Positions 7,147 through 15,955 are shown, counted from the first letter of the stretch. The stretch: 29,464 nt of DNA from a virus (IMGVR_UViG_3300035540_000137:1-29464); one strand, 5' to 3'. The notes: a model not told the origin generated them from the letters alone. Program-made: numbers and translations.

Positions 7147-8478
7147 ATGAAAGAAGGAATAATTCAACAATTTAATGACATGGAAAAAGAAATTTATACT
7201 GAAGAGGTTAAAAAACACTTGCAATTTTTAGATGCTCCTTATCCAGAGCTTAAAGCTGCAGCTTTAAAAAATCTTGAAAGATTAAATTATGATTTGAATA
7301 ACAACATCATTGATTTGATTAATGATCCAAGTGAAAGAGTTAGAACAGCTGCTTATAAATTTATTTCTAAGAAGATGAATACCTTAGATGAAGAAAAAAA
7401 GAGAAGGTTTTTGTTTAAAAAGTTCAATGATTTTAGCCATAAATTAAGAAAAGCTGCAATCAACGAGATCATCTCAAATGAATATCTTACAGATGAAATA
7501 AAGGATAAAGCGATTAAGGATAGCAGCGGTAGTGTTAGGTATGAATTTCTTAAAAAATATGTTGAATTATATCCGGAAGAAAAAGAAAAGATTTCAAACA
7601 TTTTTAAAGACGACCCTTATACATATATTCAGAAGTTTATTAAAGGTATTAAAGATATCAGATCAATTTTGTTGAGCTCAGCAAGTGCAAAGATTAAAAC
7701 AGATTCATTATTTTTGTTTTTAGAGAATTCAGATTCAGAGAAACTGTTCAAAGTTATTTCAGATACATTTTTCAAAGTAAACAAAACAACTAAAATGACT
7801 CTTATAAAATTTTTTAAATTTCTACAACAAGATGACCTGGTTGGTTTTTGCAAGAAAATTATCAAAAACGAAAGCGATAGCGACGTTTTAGACAAAATAG
7901 CAAGAATTCTTTTAAAGATTGAAATCAAAGCTTTAGATGATGAATTAGCTAACTATTTAGAATCAAAAGATCCAAAGCTCATCAAACTGTTTTTCTTTGT
8001 GAATAAGAAGAAAGACAATATGAACTATGTTGAGAATGCAAGAGAATTTATGAAAGTGAATGATGATGACATTATTCTTTCTGCTGGAGATTATTTATTG
8101 CATTACCAGGATTATGAATTGACTCAATATGTGCATGACTTTTTAAATTCAAAAGACTCAAAAAGAATAGCTTTTGCTATTAAGATCATCAAAAAACTTA
8201 AATTAGAAAACATGATCCCAGAACTTGCAGAGATAGTAGCTAACAATATGTATAGTGCAACTATTAGAAAAGCAGCTTTAAAAACAATAAAGATGTTTAA
8301 AGGTAAGAATTTTATTTTTGTTGCTGAAGATATTTTGAAAAACAAAAAAGAAAACCATGGTTTAAGAAAAGAAGCTCTTCACACGTTACTCAAGCTAAAT
8401 GCTGAAAGATTTACGCAAGTTTATGAAGAATTACATTCAGAAGAAAAAGAAAACGCTCAGGAGGTGGCTAATGCATAA
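7147..8478 (+). CDS. HEAT/ARM-like helical repeat protein
   Basis: Recurrent HEAT-like motifs LDAPYPELKAAA, INDPSERVRTAA, IKDSSGSVR, FKDDPYTYIQ, LESKDPKLI, LNSKDSKRI, IRKAAL, LRKEAL. RBS AAGGAG, ATG 7147. Confidence 0.8.
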   Translation: MKEGIIQQFNDMEKEIYTEEVKKHLQFLDAPYPELKAAALKNLERLNYDLNNNIIDLINDPSERVRTAAYKFISKKMNTLDEEKKRRFLFKKFNDFSHKLRKAAINEIISNEYLTDEIKDKAIKDSSGSVRYEFLKKYVELYPEEKEKISNIFKDDPYTYIQKFIKGIKDIRSILLSSASAKIKTDSLFLFLENSDSEKLFKVISDTFFKVNKTTKMTLIKFFKFLQQDDLVGFCKKIIKNESDSDVLDKIARILLKIEIKALDDELANYLESKDPKLIKLFFFVNKKKDNMNYVENAREFMKVNDDDIILSAGDYLLHYQDYELTQYVHDFLNSKDSKRIAFAIKIIKKLKLENMIPELAEIVANNMYSATIRKAALKTIKMFKGKNFIFVAEDILKNKKENHGLRKEALHTLLKLNAERFTQVYEELHSEEKENAQEVANA

Positions 8479-9238
8479 GGCGAAAATGGTAACTCTACCA
8501 GCAAATACAAAAGAAAAAGTTTTGTCAGAAGACAGAATGAGTTATATCAAAGCAGAAACATGCTTGGATATTCTCAAAGCTTATGAGGATTTGGAGTTCA
8601 AAGAAGATGATTTGAAAGAATATATAGATACTGCAAAAACTTATTTTAATGATCCGTTTTTTAAAAACAAACTTGATTTTATACTTCATGAAATAAAGAG
8701 AATAGATGAATTACAGGATAAAGCGGTGAAACTTGTTAGAAGTTATTTTGTTCATATCAAAAAAGATAACTTTAGACTTAGTAAATACCTGGAAAGAGTA
8801 GAAAGAGTTATGATTTTTAAACCTGTTGAAGAGAACTGTGACACTATTTCAAACGCTTTTAGTATTATTAGAATTTTGAATTTGCATTTTGCAGCGGAAG
8901 AGATAGAAGATGATTTAAAAGCTATGATCAAAGATTATATAAAGAACGAAGAAAACAAAGCTTATAAAAATATTTTGATTTATATTGAAAAAACAATTAA
9001 TTCTATAGATAACGAGCAAGACAAATATTTTTTTCAGCTTGAAAGTCTTATAAAACAAATAAACATTTCTAACAGAAAAAGTAATGGAGTTTTGAAATTC
9101 TTTGATGTAGGTGGACCGTATAGAAAGTTTAAAATACTAAGAATTAAGAAGAATAACAAAGATAAACAAGCACTCAGATTAGCATTGTGGGAGGAGGAAG
9201 AAAAATATGGGCTATATAAAAAAAGAAAACGAAGTTGA
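8471..9238 (+). CDS. Hypothetical helical protein, 255 aa, coupled to the HEAT gene
   Basis: RBS GGAGGTG, ATG 8471 overlapping the HEAT gene end. Confidence 0.75.
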   Translation: MHKAKMVTLPANTKEKVLSEDRMSYIKAETCLDILKAYEDLEFKEDDLKEYIDTAKTYFNDPFFKNKLDFILHEIKRIDELQDKAVKLVRSYFVHIKKDNFRLSKYLERVERVMIFKPVEENCDTISNAFSIIRILNLHFAAEEIEDDLKAMIKDYIKNEENKAYKNILIYIEKTINSIDNEQDKYFFQLESLIKQINISNRKSNGVLKFFDVGGPYRKFKILRIKKNNKDKQALRLALWEEEEKYGLYKKRKRS

Positions 9239-9440
9239 CAGAACTTTAGCGAGAGATGCCAACTTCATTTCAGAAAAACTAAGGCTCTTTTTGACTGTGA
9301 AATCAATAAACCTCAATCTACATTTAAATTATAACACAATAGATGAATTAAGTAGTGAATTTACAGAATTTTTAAATAAAATTAGCACACAAGAAGTAAG
9401 TAATGCACCAGTTACCCCTGGTAAACCCCAAACCCCATAA
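9207..9440 (+). CDS. Hypothetical protein
   Basis: RBS GGAGG upstream; operon context. Confidence 0.6.
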   Translation: MGYIKKENEVDRTLARDANFISEKLRLFLTVKSINLNLHLNYNTIDELSSEFTEFLNKISTQEVSNAPVTPGKPQTP

Positions 9441-9541
9441 AGAGATGATTTCGGTATCGTCATTTGACCCTCCGAGTTGACTTGATGACACCAGGCGATA
9501 TCGAATGATTCTTTCTACTAAAAAACAAAGGAGAGTGTTCT

Positions 9542-9733
9542 ATGATTAGATATCTTGTAACCACAGATTTAAAGATAAAACCTCTTGGTTTAGGAAATGA
9601 TAGACCTAAAGAATTTAAAGCAATTTTTAAAAACTATAATAACGCTAGAGATTTTGTAAATAAATGCAAGGGGGAGTTTGAATGTACTTCAGCAGGAGAA
9701 AAGATTCAGAAAGAAAAAGACCTTTCGTTGTAG
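9542..9733 (+). CDS. Hypothetical protein
   Basis: RBS AAGGAG before ATG. Confidence 0.65.
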   Translation: MIRYLVTTDLKIKPLGLGNDRPKEFKAIFKNYNNARDFVNKCKGEFECTSAGEKIQKEKDLSL

Positions 9734-10638
9734 TAGATAAGCAATTTGTAAATAGAAAAGATTTATCCTGGAAAGCTAAAGGAATTTTACTTTATTTAAT
9801 GAGTTTGCCAGAAAATTGGAAATTATCTATGGAAGATTTAAAAAATAGAGCTACAGATGGAGCAGCTGCTCTCAGAACAGGTATTAAAGAACTTGAAGAA
9901 AAGAAGTATTTTAAAAAGATTTCTATAAGAGATCACAAAGGAAAGATCATCAAATGGGAGTATATATTTGATGAGATTCCTATTGAAGATGAACAAGAAG
10001 TATTAGAAAATGAAAATTCAGAAGAAACAAGCTCTGAAAAAGAAATTGATAACGATAACCCAGATTGCGAAAATCGAAATGTGGACTATCCAGAATGCGA
10101 TTATCCAGATGTTGAAAATCAACATGTAGAAAATCCACTAGTGGATAATCGAAGACTACAAAATAATAAATATACAGAACAAGAATATATACAAAGTAAT
10201 AATAATACAAATGATATTGTCGAGTTGTTTGATGTGAATGAAAAGAAAAGAGAAAAAACTAATGAGATCATTGATGAAATTATTGATTATCTCAACAAAA
10301 AAGTTGATTCTAATTTCAGATCATCTACCAGTAAAACGAGAATTATGATTAAGAGTTTGCTTAAAGATGGTTTTGAATTAAATGATTTTAAGAAGGTTAT
10401 AGACAAAAAAACAGAAGAATGGCTAAATACAAAAATGCAGAAGTATTTAAGGCCTATCACTCTTTTTAGAGCTTCTAACTTTGAAAATTATCTCAATGAA
10501 CTCATAGTTCCACCTGATAAACCTCAAAAATATGGAGGTGTGAATAATGCCAAAAACAAAAGATCTGAATTCTTTAGAGGACCAACAGAAGACTACTATC
10601 AGAAAGAATTTGACCCAACCAAAGCAAACATACAATAG
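9682..10638 (+). CDS. Phage replication initiator (N-terminal winged HTH; conserved phage C-terminal domain, Phg_2220_C-like)
   Basis: DLSWKAKGILLYLMSLPENW at the N-terminus; EIIDYLNKK...DFKKVID...YLRPITLF...FENYLN at the C-terminus; upstream of a DnaC-like gene. Confidence 0.85.
   Translation: MYFSRRKDSERKRPFVVVDKQFVNRKDLSWKAKGILLYLMSLPENWKLSMEDLKNRATDGAAALRTGIKELEEKKYFKKISIRDHKGKIIKWEYIFDEIPIEDEQEVLENENSEETSSEKEIDNDNPDCENRNVDYPECDYPDVENQHVENPLVDNRRLQNNKYTEQEYIQSNNNTNDIVELFDVNEKKREKTNEIIDEIIDYLNKKVDSNFRSSTSKTRIMIKSLLKDGFELNDFKKVIDKKTEEWLNTKMQKYLRPITLFRASNFENYLNELIVPPDKPQKYGGVNNAKNKRSEFFRGPTEDYYQKEFDPTKANIQ
10054..10158 (+). repeat. Seven degenerate 15-bp tandem repeats (likely origin iterons)
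   Basis: GATAACCCAGATTGC / GAAAATCGAAATGTG / GACTATCCAGAATGC / GATTATCCAGATGTT / GAAAATCAACATGTA / GAAAATCCACTAGTG / GATAATCGAAGACTA inside the initiator gene. Confidence 0.75.
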
Positions 10639-10675
10639 CAAGAACAATAGCTTACAACAAGGTTGTGATTGTACT

Positions 10676-11356
10676 ATGCCTTCAAAATGTCCTTATCAGG
10701 GCATGAGACAGGTGAACAAAGATGTTGTTATGTGTTCTAAATGGCTTGATTATAACAAGGGAATGAATGAGTTTTTATCTCTTGCACCAGCAGAGTTTCA
10801 TAATGTTTCTTTTGAATCTTTTGACCTTGTAAGTGAAGATTTAAAAATGGCTATTAGAAAAGCTAAATTATATATAAATAAACAATTATTTAAGAATAAT
10901 ATAGGGTTGTTTTTTTATGGGAACTACGGTACTGGAAAAACAAGATTGGCTTATACAGTAATTAAGGAAATAGCTCAACGAGGTTATAAGATTGGTATTT
11001 TTGATAGCTTCAAAGATTTGCAGACTATAAACGCAGCCCAGGAGAAAGCGTATAAACTTGAAGAAGCTGATGTTATCTTTATTGATGATCTTGGCTCAAA
11101 ACAAAATTATGATTGGGTTCTTGAAGCTTACAGAAGAATTATTATTAATGTTCATGACTCTGGTTATAAGGGGATAATTATTACATCAAATTTTGCTCCG
11201 GAACAAATTTTAAATACTGGAAAAGAAGAATCTTATCTAGATAAAAGAAGTAGTTCAAGGCTTTTGAAAATGCTCCCTACAAAATCTTTTCAGAGAATAC
11301 AAGGGAAAGACTATAGACTTAAAAAAGCTAATAAGCTGAACTCTTTATGGGATTAG
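10676..11356 (+). CDS. DnaC/IstB-like AAA+ helicase loader
   Basis: Walker A GNYGTGKT, Walker B IFIDDLG, IITSN, SRL, GKDYR. Start uncertain (track 10547; ATG 10676 avoids the overlap). Confidence 0.85.
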   Translation: MPSKCPYQGMRQVNKDVVMCSKWLDYNKGMNEFLSLAPAEFHNVSFESFDLVSEDLKMAIRKAKLYINKQLFKNNIGLFFYGNYGTGKTRLAYTVIKEIAQRGYKIGIFDSFKDLQTINAAQEKAYKLEEADVIFIDDLGSKQNYDWVLEAYRRIIINVHDSGYKGIIITSNFAPEQILNTGKEESYLDKRSSSRLLKMLPTKSFQRIQGKDYRLKKANKLNSLWD

Positions 11357-11368
11357 GAGGATAAAAAT

Positions 11369-12124
11369 ATGAATGATTTAAAAATATTCAATAATGATGA
11401 TTTTGGGAAAGTAAGAATGATGGTAAGGAATGATGAAAATTGGTGGATTGGTAAAGATATTGTTGATATCCTGGAGTACCAAAACGGTAGTCGAGATATT
11501 AAAAGGCATGTTGATACAGAAGATAGAGAAACTATATTTGTTCATGATGGTGTTCAAAAGAGACAAATGATAGTTATTAATGAATCTGGTCTATATAGCT
11601 TGATCTTAAATTCTAAATTGCCTAAGGCGAAACAATTTAAAAGATGGATTACAAGTGAAGTAATACCTTCAATTAGAAAAACTGGGGCTTATATGACTTC
11701 TGAAACGATAGAAAAAACAATCAATGATCCAGATTTTATTATACAATTAGCAACTCAATTAAAGAAAGAAAAAGAAGAAAAAGAAAAACTTGAAAATAAA
11801 AATAAGCAGTTAGAGCCTAAAGCATTGATTTATGATAAAACTATTAATTCAAAAGGGCTTATGACAATTAGAGAAGCTGCTCAAGTTTTAGGAACAGGAC
11901 AAAACAGAATGTTTAAATGGCTTGGGGATAATCATTATTTCTTCAGAGATAATGGAAGATGGATACCTAAACAAGATTATATTGATCAAAAACTTTTTGA
12001 AGTTAAAACCAGATCATTCAAAAAAATGGGAGAAGAAAAAGCATATACCAGAATTTATATAACTTCTAAGGGTTTTGGAAGAATTGCAAAAGAAATGAAT
12101 AAGTTAATTAAAGCTGGTGTTTGA
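11369..12124 (+). CDS. Bro-N plus KilAC/ANT antirepressor
   Basis: FGKVR...INESGLYSLILNSKLPKAKQFKRWITSEVIPSIRKTGAY; GTGQNRMFKWL...ITSKG. Confidence 0.92.
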   Translation: MNDLKIFNNDDFGKVRMMVRNDENWWIGKDIVDILEYQNGSRDIKRHVDTEDRETIFVHDGVQKRQMIVINESGLYSLILNSKLPKAKQFKRWITSEVIPSIRKTGAYMTSETIEKTINDPDFIIQLATQLKKEKEEKEKLENKNKQLEPKALIYDKTINSKGLMTIREAAQVLGTGQNRMFKWLGDNHYFFRDNGRWIPKQDYIDQKLFEVKTRSFKKMGEEKAYTRIYITSKGFGRIAKEMNKLIKAGV

Positions 12125-12125
12125 C

Positions 12126-12287
12126 ATGCAAGACTTGGTGAATAAATTGGAAAGTTTGTTGATTGAATCAAAGAGATTGAGAATGAAATATGCCAGGACT
12201 ATTGAAGAAAATAAAAATCTCAAAAGAAGAATTGATGATCTTGAAAAAAGAATTCTATTTTACGAAAGAAGGGATAAAAATGCTTAA
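12126..12287 (+). CDS. Small coiled-coil protein, 53 aa
   Basis: MQDLVNKLESLLIESKRLR...; abuts the upstream stop and overlaps the next ATG; below the track cutoff. Confidence 0.6.
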   Translation: MQDLVNKLESLLIESKRLRMKYARTIEENKNLKRRIDDLEKRILFYERRDKNA

Positions 12288-12492
12288 TTATTTTATAGTG
12301 TTCTTCAAAGGAAAAGCAAAAATCATGTCTAATGGTTTTAATAATAAAAATTATGCAATAACCTTTGCAAAAGCAGTTATTGAAAAAAGAAAATATTTTG
12401 ATAGTTACTCTCTCATTGCTGCAAAAAATAAAAAAGATGCAGAACAGATATTTTTAAACCAAGAAAAAGCGGTGATATCAAATGCGAGATAA
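12280..12492 (+). CDS. Hypothetical protein, 70 aa
   Basis: ATG 12280 after GAAGGGA; the track start of 12190 is probably overextended. Confidence 0.6.
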   Translation: MLNYFIVFFKGKAKIMSNGFNNKNYAITFAKAVIEKRKYFDSYSLIAAKNKKDAEQIFLNQEKAVISNAR

Positions 12493-12766
12493 AAGAATTG
12501 AAGCTTATCTTTTGAAAGCTGAAGAGCTAATGAAAAAAGAGTTAGAGGAAAAAGAAAAGCTAATGATTAAGTTGTATGACAGACTTGATCTTGCTGAAAG
12601 TGATGATGAGGCTAATTATTATATCATTAGAGTTTCCAGGTTGGAAAAAGAATTGAGTGATCTCAAAACATTTCTTGAAATGCCAAAAGATATTATAAAA
12701 GAATATCTGAAATCACTTACAAAATCTGGAGAAAAGAAAAGTATATGGGAGGCTTCTGCTACATGA
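12482..12766 (+). CDS. Hypothetical coiled-coil protein
   Basis: Overlaps both neighbours; RBS GCGGTGA. Confidence 0.7.
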   Translation: MRDKRIEAYLLKAEELMKKELEEKEKLMIKLYDRLDLAESDDEANYYIIRVSRLEKELSDLKTFLEMPKDIIKEYLKSLTKSGEKKSIWEASAT

Positions 12767-12876
12767 GCAAAAAGAAGTTAGCTGAAAAGGCTTACAAGAA
12801 AGGTGAGATAACCAGAAAACAATATTTGATTATTATGCATCATATTTTGAAGAAAGAGAAAGGAGAGCTTGTTTAA
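12763..12876 (+). CDS. Small basic protein, 37 aa (SHOCT-like KGEITRKQY motif)
   Basis: RBS GGAGG; ATGA and TAATG overlaps with its neighbours. Confidence 0.55.
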   Translation: MSKKKLAEKAYKKGEITRKQYLIIMHHILKKEKGELV

Positions 12877-13292
12877 TGGAGCATATATCTGCAAAAGAAT
12901 TTCGGAATAAATATTCTTTTAAAAAAGGTAGAGTTAAAGCTTCAAGAGCTAATAAACTAAATAATAAGAAAATTCAAATAGATGGTTTTACTTTTGATTC
13001 AATGCTGGAAGCTGATTATTATACTCATTTAAAATTACTGAAAAAATTAGGGGATGTTCTACATTTTCACCTGCAGCCAAAATACGTTTTGCAAGAAGGA
13101 TTTTATAAAGATGGGAAATATATAAGACCTATTACTTATAAGGCTGATTTTTTAGTGTTTTATGCTGATAAACATGTTGAGGTTGTAGATACAAAAGGAT
13201 TTGAAACTCAACAATTCAAAATAAAAAGAAAAATGTTTGAAGATAGATATCCTGAGCTTGAATTAAAAATAGTTAAATTAGGTGATTTTTAA
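12876..13292 (+). CDS. DUF1064-family PD-(D/E)XK-like nuclease
   Basis: IDGFTFDSMLEADYY...LQPKYVLQ...ITYKADF...VVDTKG...FKIKRKMF. Confidence 0.85.
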   Translation: MEHISAKEFRNKYSFKKGRVKASRANKLNNKKIQIDGFTFDSMLEADYYTHLKLLKKLGDVLHFHLQPKYVLQEGFYKDGKYIRPITYKADFLVFYADKHVEVVDTKGFETQQFKIKRKMFEDRYPELELKIVKLGDF

Positions 13293-13398
13293 AATAATTC
13301 CCAGCAAAAATCTAATATAAAAGTGAGGTGAATATCCCTCTTTTTATATATATACGCATTCATCCTCGAGCTGGGCGGGGATATTTAGGAGATAAATT

Positions 13399-13536
13399 AT
13401 GAAAAAAGATATTAGGGAAACTTTAGAAGAAAGTGTTTTGAATTCATTAGAAGGAATGGCAAAAGCATGGGATATGACAATAACTCCTGTTATAGAAAGT
13501 TTATATACAATATTTACAAAATTTATTAGTAGGTGA
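13399..13536 (+). CDS. Small hypothetical protein, 45 aa
   Basis: RBS AGGAG; MKKDIRETLEESVLNSLEGMAKAWD...; below the track cutoff. Confidence 0.55.
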   Translation: MKKDIRETLEESVLNSLEGMAKAWDMTITPVIESLYTIFTKFISR

Positions 13537-13540
13537 TTTT

Positions 13541-13882
13541 ATGATAAGAAATAATTTTGAGAAATATTTAAAAGATAAGAATATCGATATAGATGATCTT
13601 AAAAAAAGAAAAGAAGATTACGAAGACGATCTATATTGGTGGATTGGTGAAAAAATAGAAAAGAATATCAAAGAACAAAATATGGTGGAAGAAAGTTATT
13701 TTGATGTTGAATCTTGGGCTATTGATTTATTTGATCTTAGAGAAGAGATTAAAACAGAAACTGATGGTTATAACTATGCTTATATAATTGATGAAAAAGA
13801 TAGAATAAAAATTTTTTTGTTTATGGAAAGGAGTTATATATATAACTATGAAATAGATGAACTGGAGCCTTCATATGAGTGA
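13541..13882 (+). CDS. Acidic hypothetical protein
   Basis: RBS AGGTGA; operon context. Confidence 0.7.
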   Translation: MIRNNFEKYLKDKNIDIDDLKKRKEDYEDDLYWWIGEKIEKNIKEQNMVEESYFDVESWAIDLFDLREEIKTETDGYNYAYIIDEKDRIKIFLFMERSYIYNYEIDELEPSYE

Positions 13883-14093
13883 TTATAATTTTTATTTTGT
13901 AAAATTAATGGACTACGATAAGAACATTATTTTTAAAACAAAAAATACTCCAGATGATATTTTAAATATTAATTATTATATAGAGAAAAATTTTAGTAAT
14001 GATTCTGAACATGGATACGAAATCAAACCGATTAAAAAGAGTTTAGATCATTATAAAGATTCTGAAGATTATCAAATAATAGAGGTGGGATGA
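13875..14093 (+). CDS. Hypothetical protein
   Basis: RBS GGAG, ATG 13875; ATGA overlap with the methylase. Confidence 0.6.
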   Translation: MSDYNFYFVKLMDYDKNIIFKTKNTPDDILNINYYIEKNFSNDSEHGYEIKPIKKSLDHYKDSEDYQIIEVG

Positions 14094-14906
14094 TGGGATA
14101 TTATGGTTCAGTTTTAAGATATCCTGGTTCAAAATGGAAGATAGCTCCAGATATTGTAAAGAATATGCCCAAACATAAGGGATATATTGAGCCATTTTTT
14201 GGTTCCGGAGCAATACTTTTTAATAAACCAATATCAAAAATAGAAACAATTAATGATAAAGACAATGAAATAGTTAATTTATTTCGAGTTATAAGAGATT
14301 ATCCTAATAGATTATCCTAATAGATTATCCGATTTAATCAACTTAACTCCCTACTCAAGAGAGGAATACATGAGAAGTTTTGAACCTTCTAATAACGATA
14401 TTGAAAAGGCAAGAAAGTTTTTAGTTCGAATGTGGCAAAGTTTCGGACCTAAAACAGCAGGTTCAAATCCTGGGTGGGGAAGATCAAAGAAAATCACAGG
14501 ACCAAATAGACCTTATCAATGGTCAAAAGTACCCAAAATAATAATAAAGTTCTCAGAAAGACTTAAAAATATACAAATAGAAAATTGTGATGTTTTTGAT
14601 TTAATTTCAGAATATGATTATCCAGGTAATTTTATTTATTTAGATCCACCATATTTAATCAATACTCGAAATTCAAAATCAAGGGTATATAAATATGAAT
14701 TTGAAAGAGAAGATCATGAAAAATTACTTAGAATAATAAACAAGATAAAATATGCAAAAGTTATGATCTCGAGTTATGAAAATAATTTGTATAATAAATA
14801 TTTAAGAAGTTGGAATAAAGAAAATTTTGATTCTTATTCGTTGGGAGGTACTTTTAAGAAAGAAATCATTTACATGAATTATAATAACCAAAATAAACTA
14901 TTTTAA
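14090..14906 (+). pseudogene. Dam/D12-class N6-adenine DNA methyltransferase split by a 13-bp duplication (267 aa if repaired)
   Basis: The 5' part has LRYPGSKW, YIEPFFGSGA and ETIND; the 3' part has YLDPPY. Deleting one AGATTATCCTAAT gives IRDYPNRLSDLINLTPYSREEYMRSF in frame. Confidence 0.9.
14296..14330 (+). repeat. 13-bp tandem repeat, 2.7 copies
   Basis: AGATTATCCTAAT AGATTATCCTAAT AGATTATCC. Confidence 0.95.
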
Positions 14907-14910
14907 AAAG

Positions 14911-15363
14911 GTGATTCTTTTGATTAGAAGAAAATTCAAATACTCTGTAATTTTACCTAAGATTATTGATCTTATGAAGAAAAAGAAAACCACAAAAGAA
15001 ATTTTGGAAGAGTTAAATATATCTTCTTTTAACCTGCAACAATGGAAGAAAATGGGTAAAAAAGGAGATAAAAGATTTAAAGAATTTTATAACCAGGCAA
15101 AGAGATTAGGATATATTAATGAATATACCAACAGAGGATTTACTAAAGAATACTACAGAATAGATGAAGAATTAAAACGAAAGATAAAACAAGTTATTGA
15201 ATCCTCTGAATCTTATGAAGCATATGAGAATAAGCTGTATAAAGAAAGGTTATCTCACCCACAATATTGGGATGGCTGTTTTTGTACTAAATGTAAAACA
15301 AGAACTGTCGCTGAAAAAGAAAGCGACAAAATATCAGAAATGAAGTATATTTCAATGGTCTAA
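14911..15363 (+). CDS. HTH-like protein with C-terminal Cys cluster
   Basis: TTKEILEELNISSFNLQQWKK (HTH-like); H....GCFCTKC possible metal site. Confidence 0.65.
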   Translation: MILLIRRKFKYSVILPKIIDLMKKKKTTKEILEELNISSFNLQQWKKMGKKGDKRFKEFYNQAKRLGYINEYTNRGFTKEYYRIDEELKRKIKQVIESSESYEAYENKLYKERLSHPQYWDGCFCTKCKTRTVAEKESDKISEMKYISMV

Positions 15364-15422
15364 GATACCCCCATATCTTAGACCTATCCTCTTAATAAAA
15401 TTATATCATTAGGAGGATTAAT

Positions 15423-15905
15423 ATGAATTTCAAAGAGCTTATATCAAAAAGTCATTTCACAAAAAATGATATCATAGAAATTTGTAGAAGATACAAACAT
15501 TCGATAGCTGTTTTAGCAGAAAATAATTATATCCATCTTTATTTAGATAACTTTTTTAACATCAAAGAAGAATATGGTTATAAGTCTGTTAGGTATGAAA
15601 AGAAAATTGGTGAATCAAAAAATATTATGATTAATGATTTTTATAGTGATCTTGAAAAAGGAATTTCAGAAAAACTTCTTATTGCAAAATATATTATTAC
15701 CCAGGTAAATAAATGGTGGAAAGTTTTGAGATTCCAGGAAAGAGTTGTCATATTTTATAGGTTTATTGATTTGGAATTAGATCAGGGAAGTTTTAAAGAA
15801 ATTGGAGAAACTAGGAAGCAAATTTCTCAAAGATTAAATGTCTCAGAGAGAGAAGTAAGAACTATAGAAAATAAGGCAATTTCTAAGATTTTGAACCTCA
15901 ATTGA
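15423..15905 (+). CDS. Late transcription regulator (RinA/ArpU/sigma70 region 4-like HTH)
   Basis: ERVVIFYRF...TRKQISQRLNVSEREVRTIENKAISKI; last early gene before the packaging module. Confidence 0.75.
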   Translation: MNFKELISKSHFTKNDIIEICRRYKHSIAVLAENNYIHLYLDNFFNIKEEYGYKSVRYEKKIGESKNIMINDFYSDLEKGISEKLLIAKYIITQVNKWWKVLRFQERVVIFYRFIDLELDQGSFKEIGETRKQISQRLNVSEREVRTIENKAISKILNLN

Positions 15906-15931
15906 CATATATGTCACTGATATGGTATTAT
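15902..15931 (+). promoter_or_regulatory. Candidate late/moron promoter with a palindrome over the -35
   Basis: TTGACA 15902, 18-nt spacer, TGn-TATTAT 15926; perfect palindrome TGACATATATGTCA at 15903-15916. Confidence 0.65.
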
Positions 15932-15955
15932 TGTGATAGAATGTATTTCGTGTAT

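Noticed and set aside
7042-8345. Minus ORFs 7042, 7353, 7629 and 8124
   Set aside because: Antisense shadows of Lys/Glu-rich plus genes; Phe/Leu-rich by codon complementarity.
10054-10158. Possible CRISPR array
   Set aside because: Degenerate contiguous 15-mers with no spacers, in frame within a CDS.
9980-11566. Minus ORFs 9980, 10447 and 11378
   Set aside because: Lie opposite well-supported replication and antirepressor genes.
14370-14906. Independent second methylase gene
   Set aside because: Has DPPY but lacks the SAM-binding motif, which is in 14090..14320; the two are one split gene.
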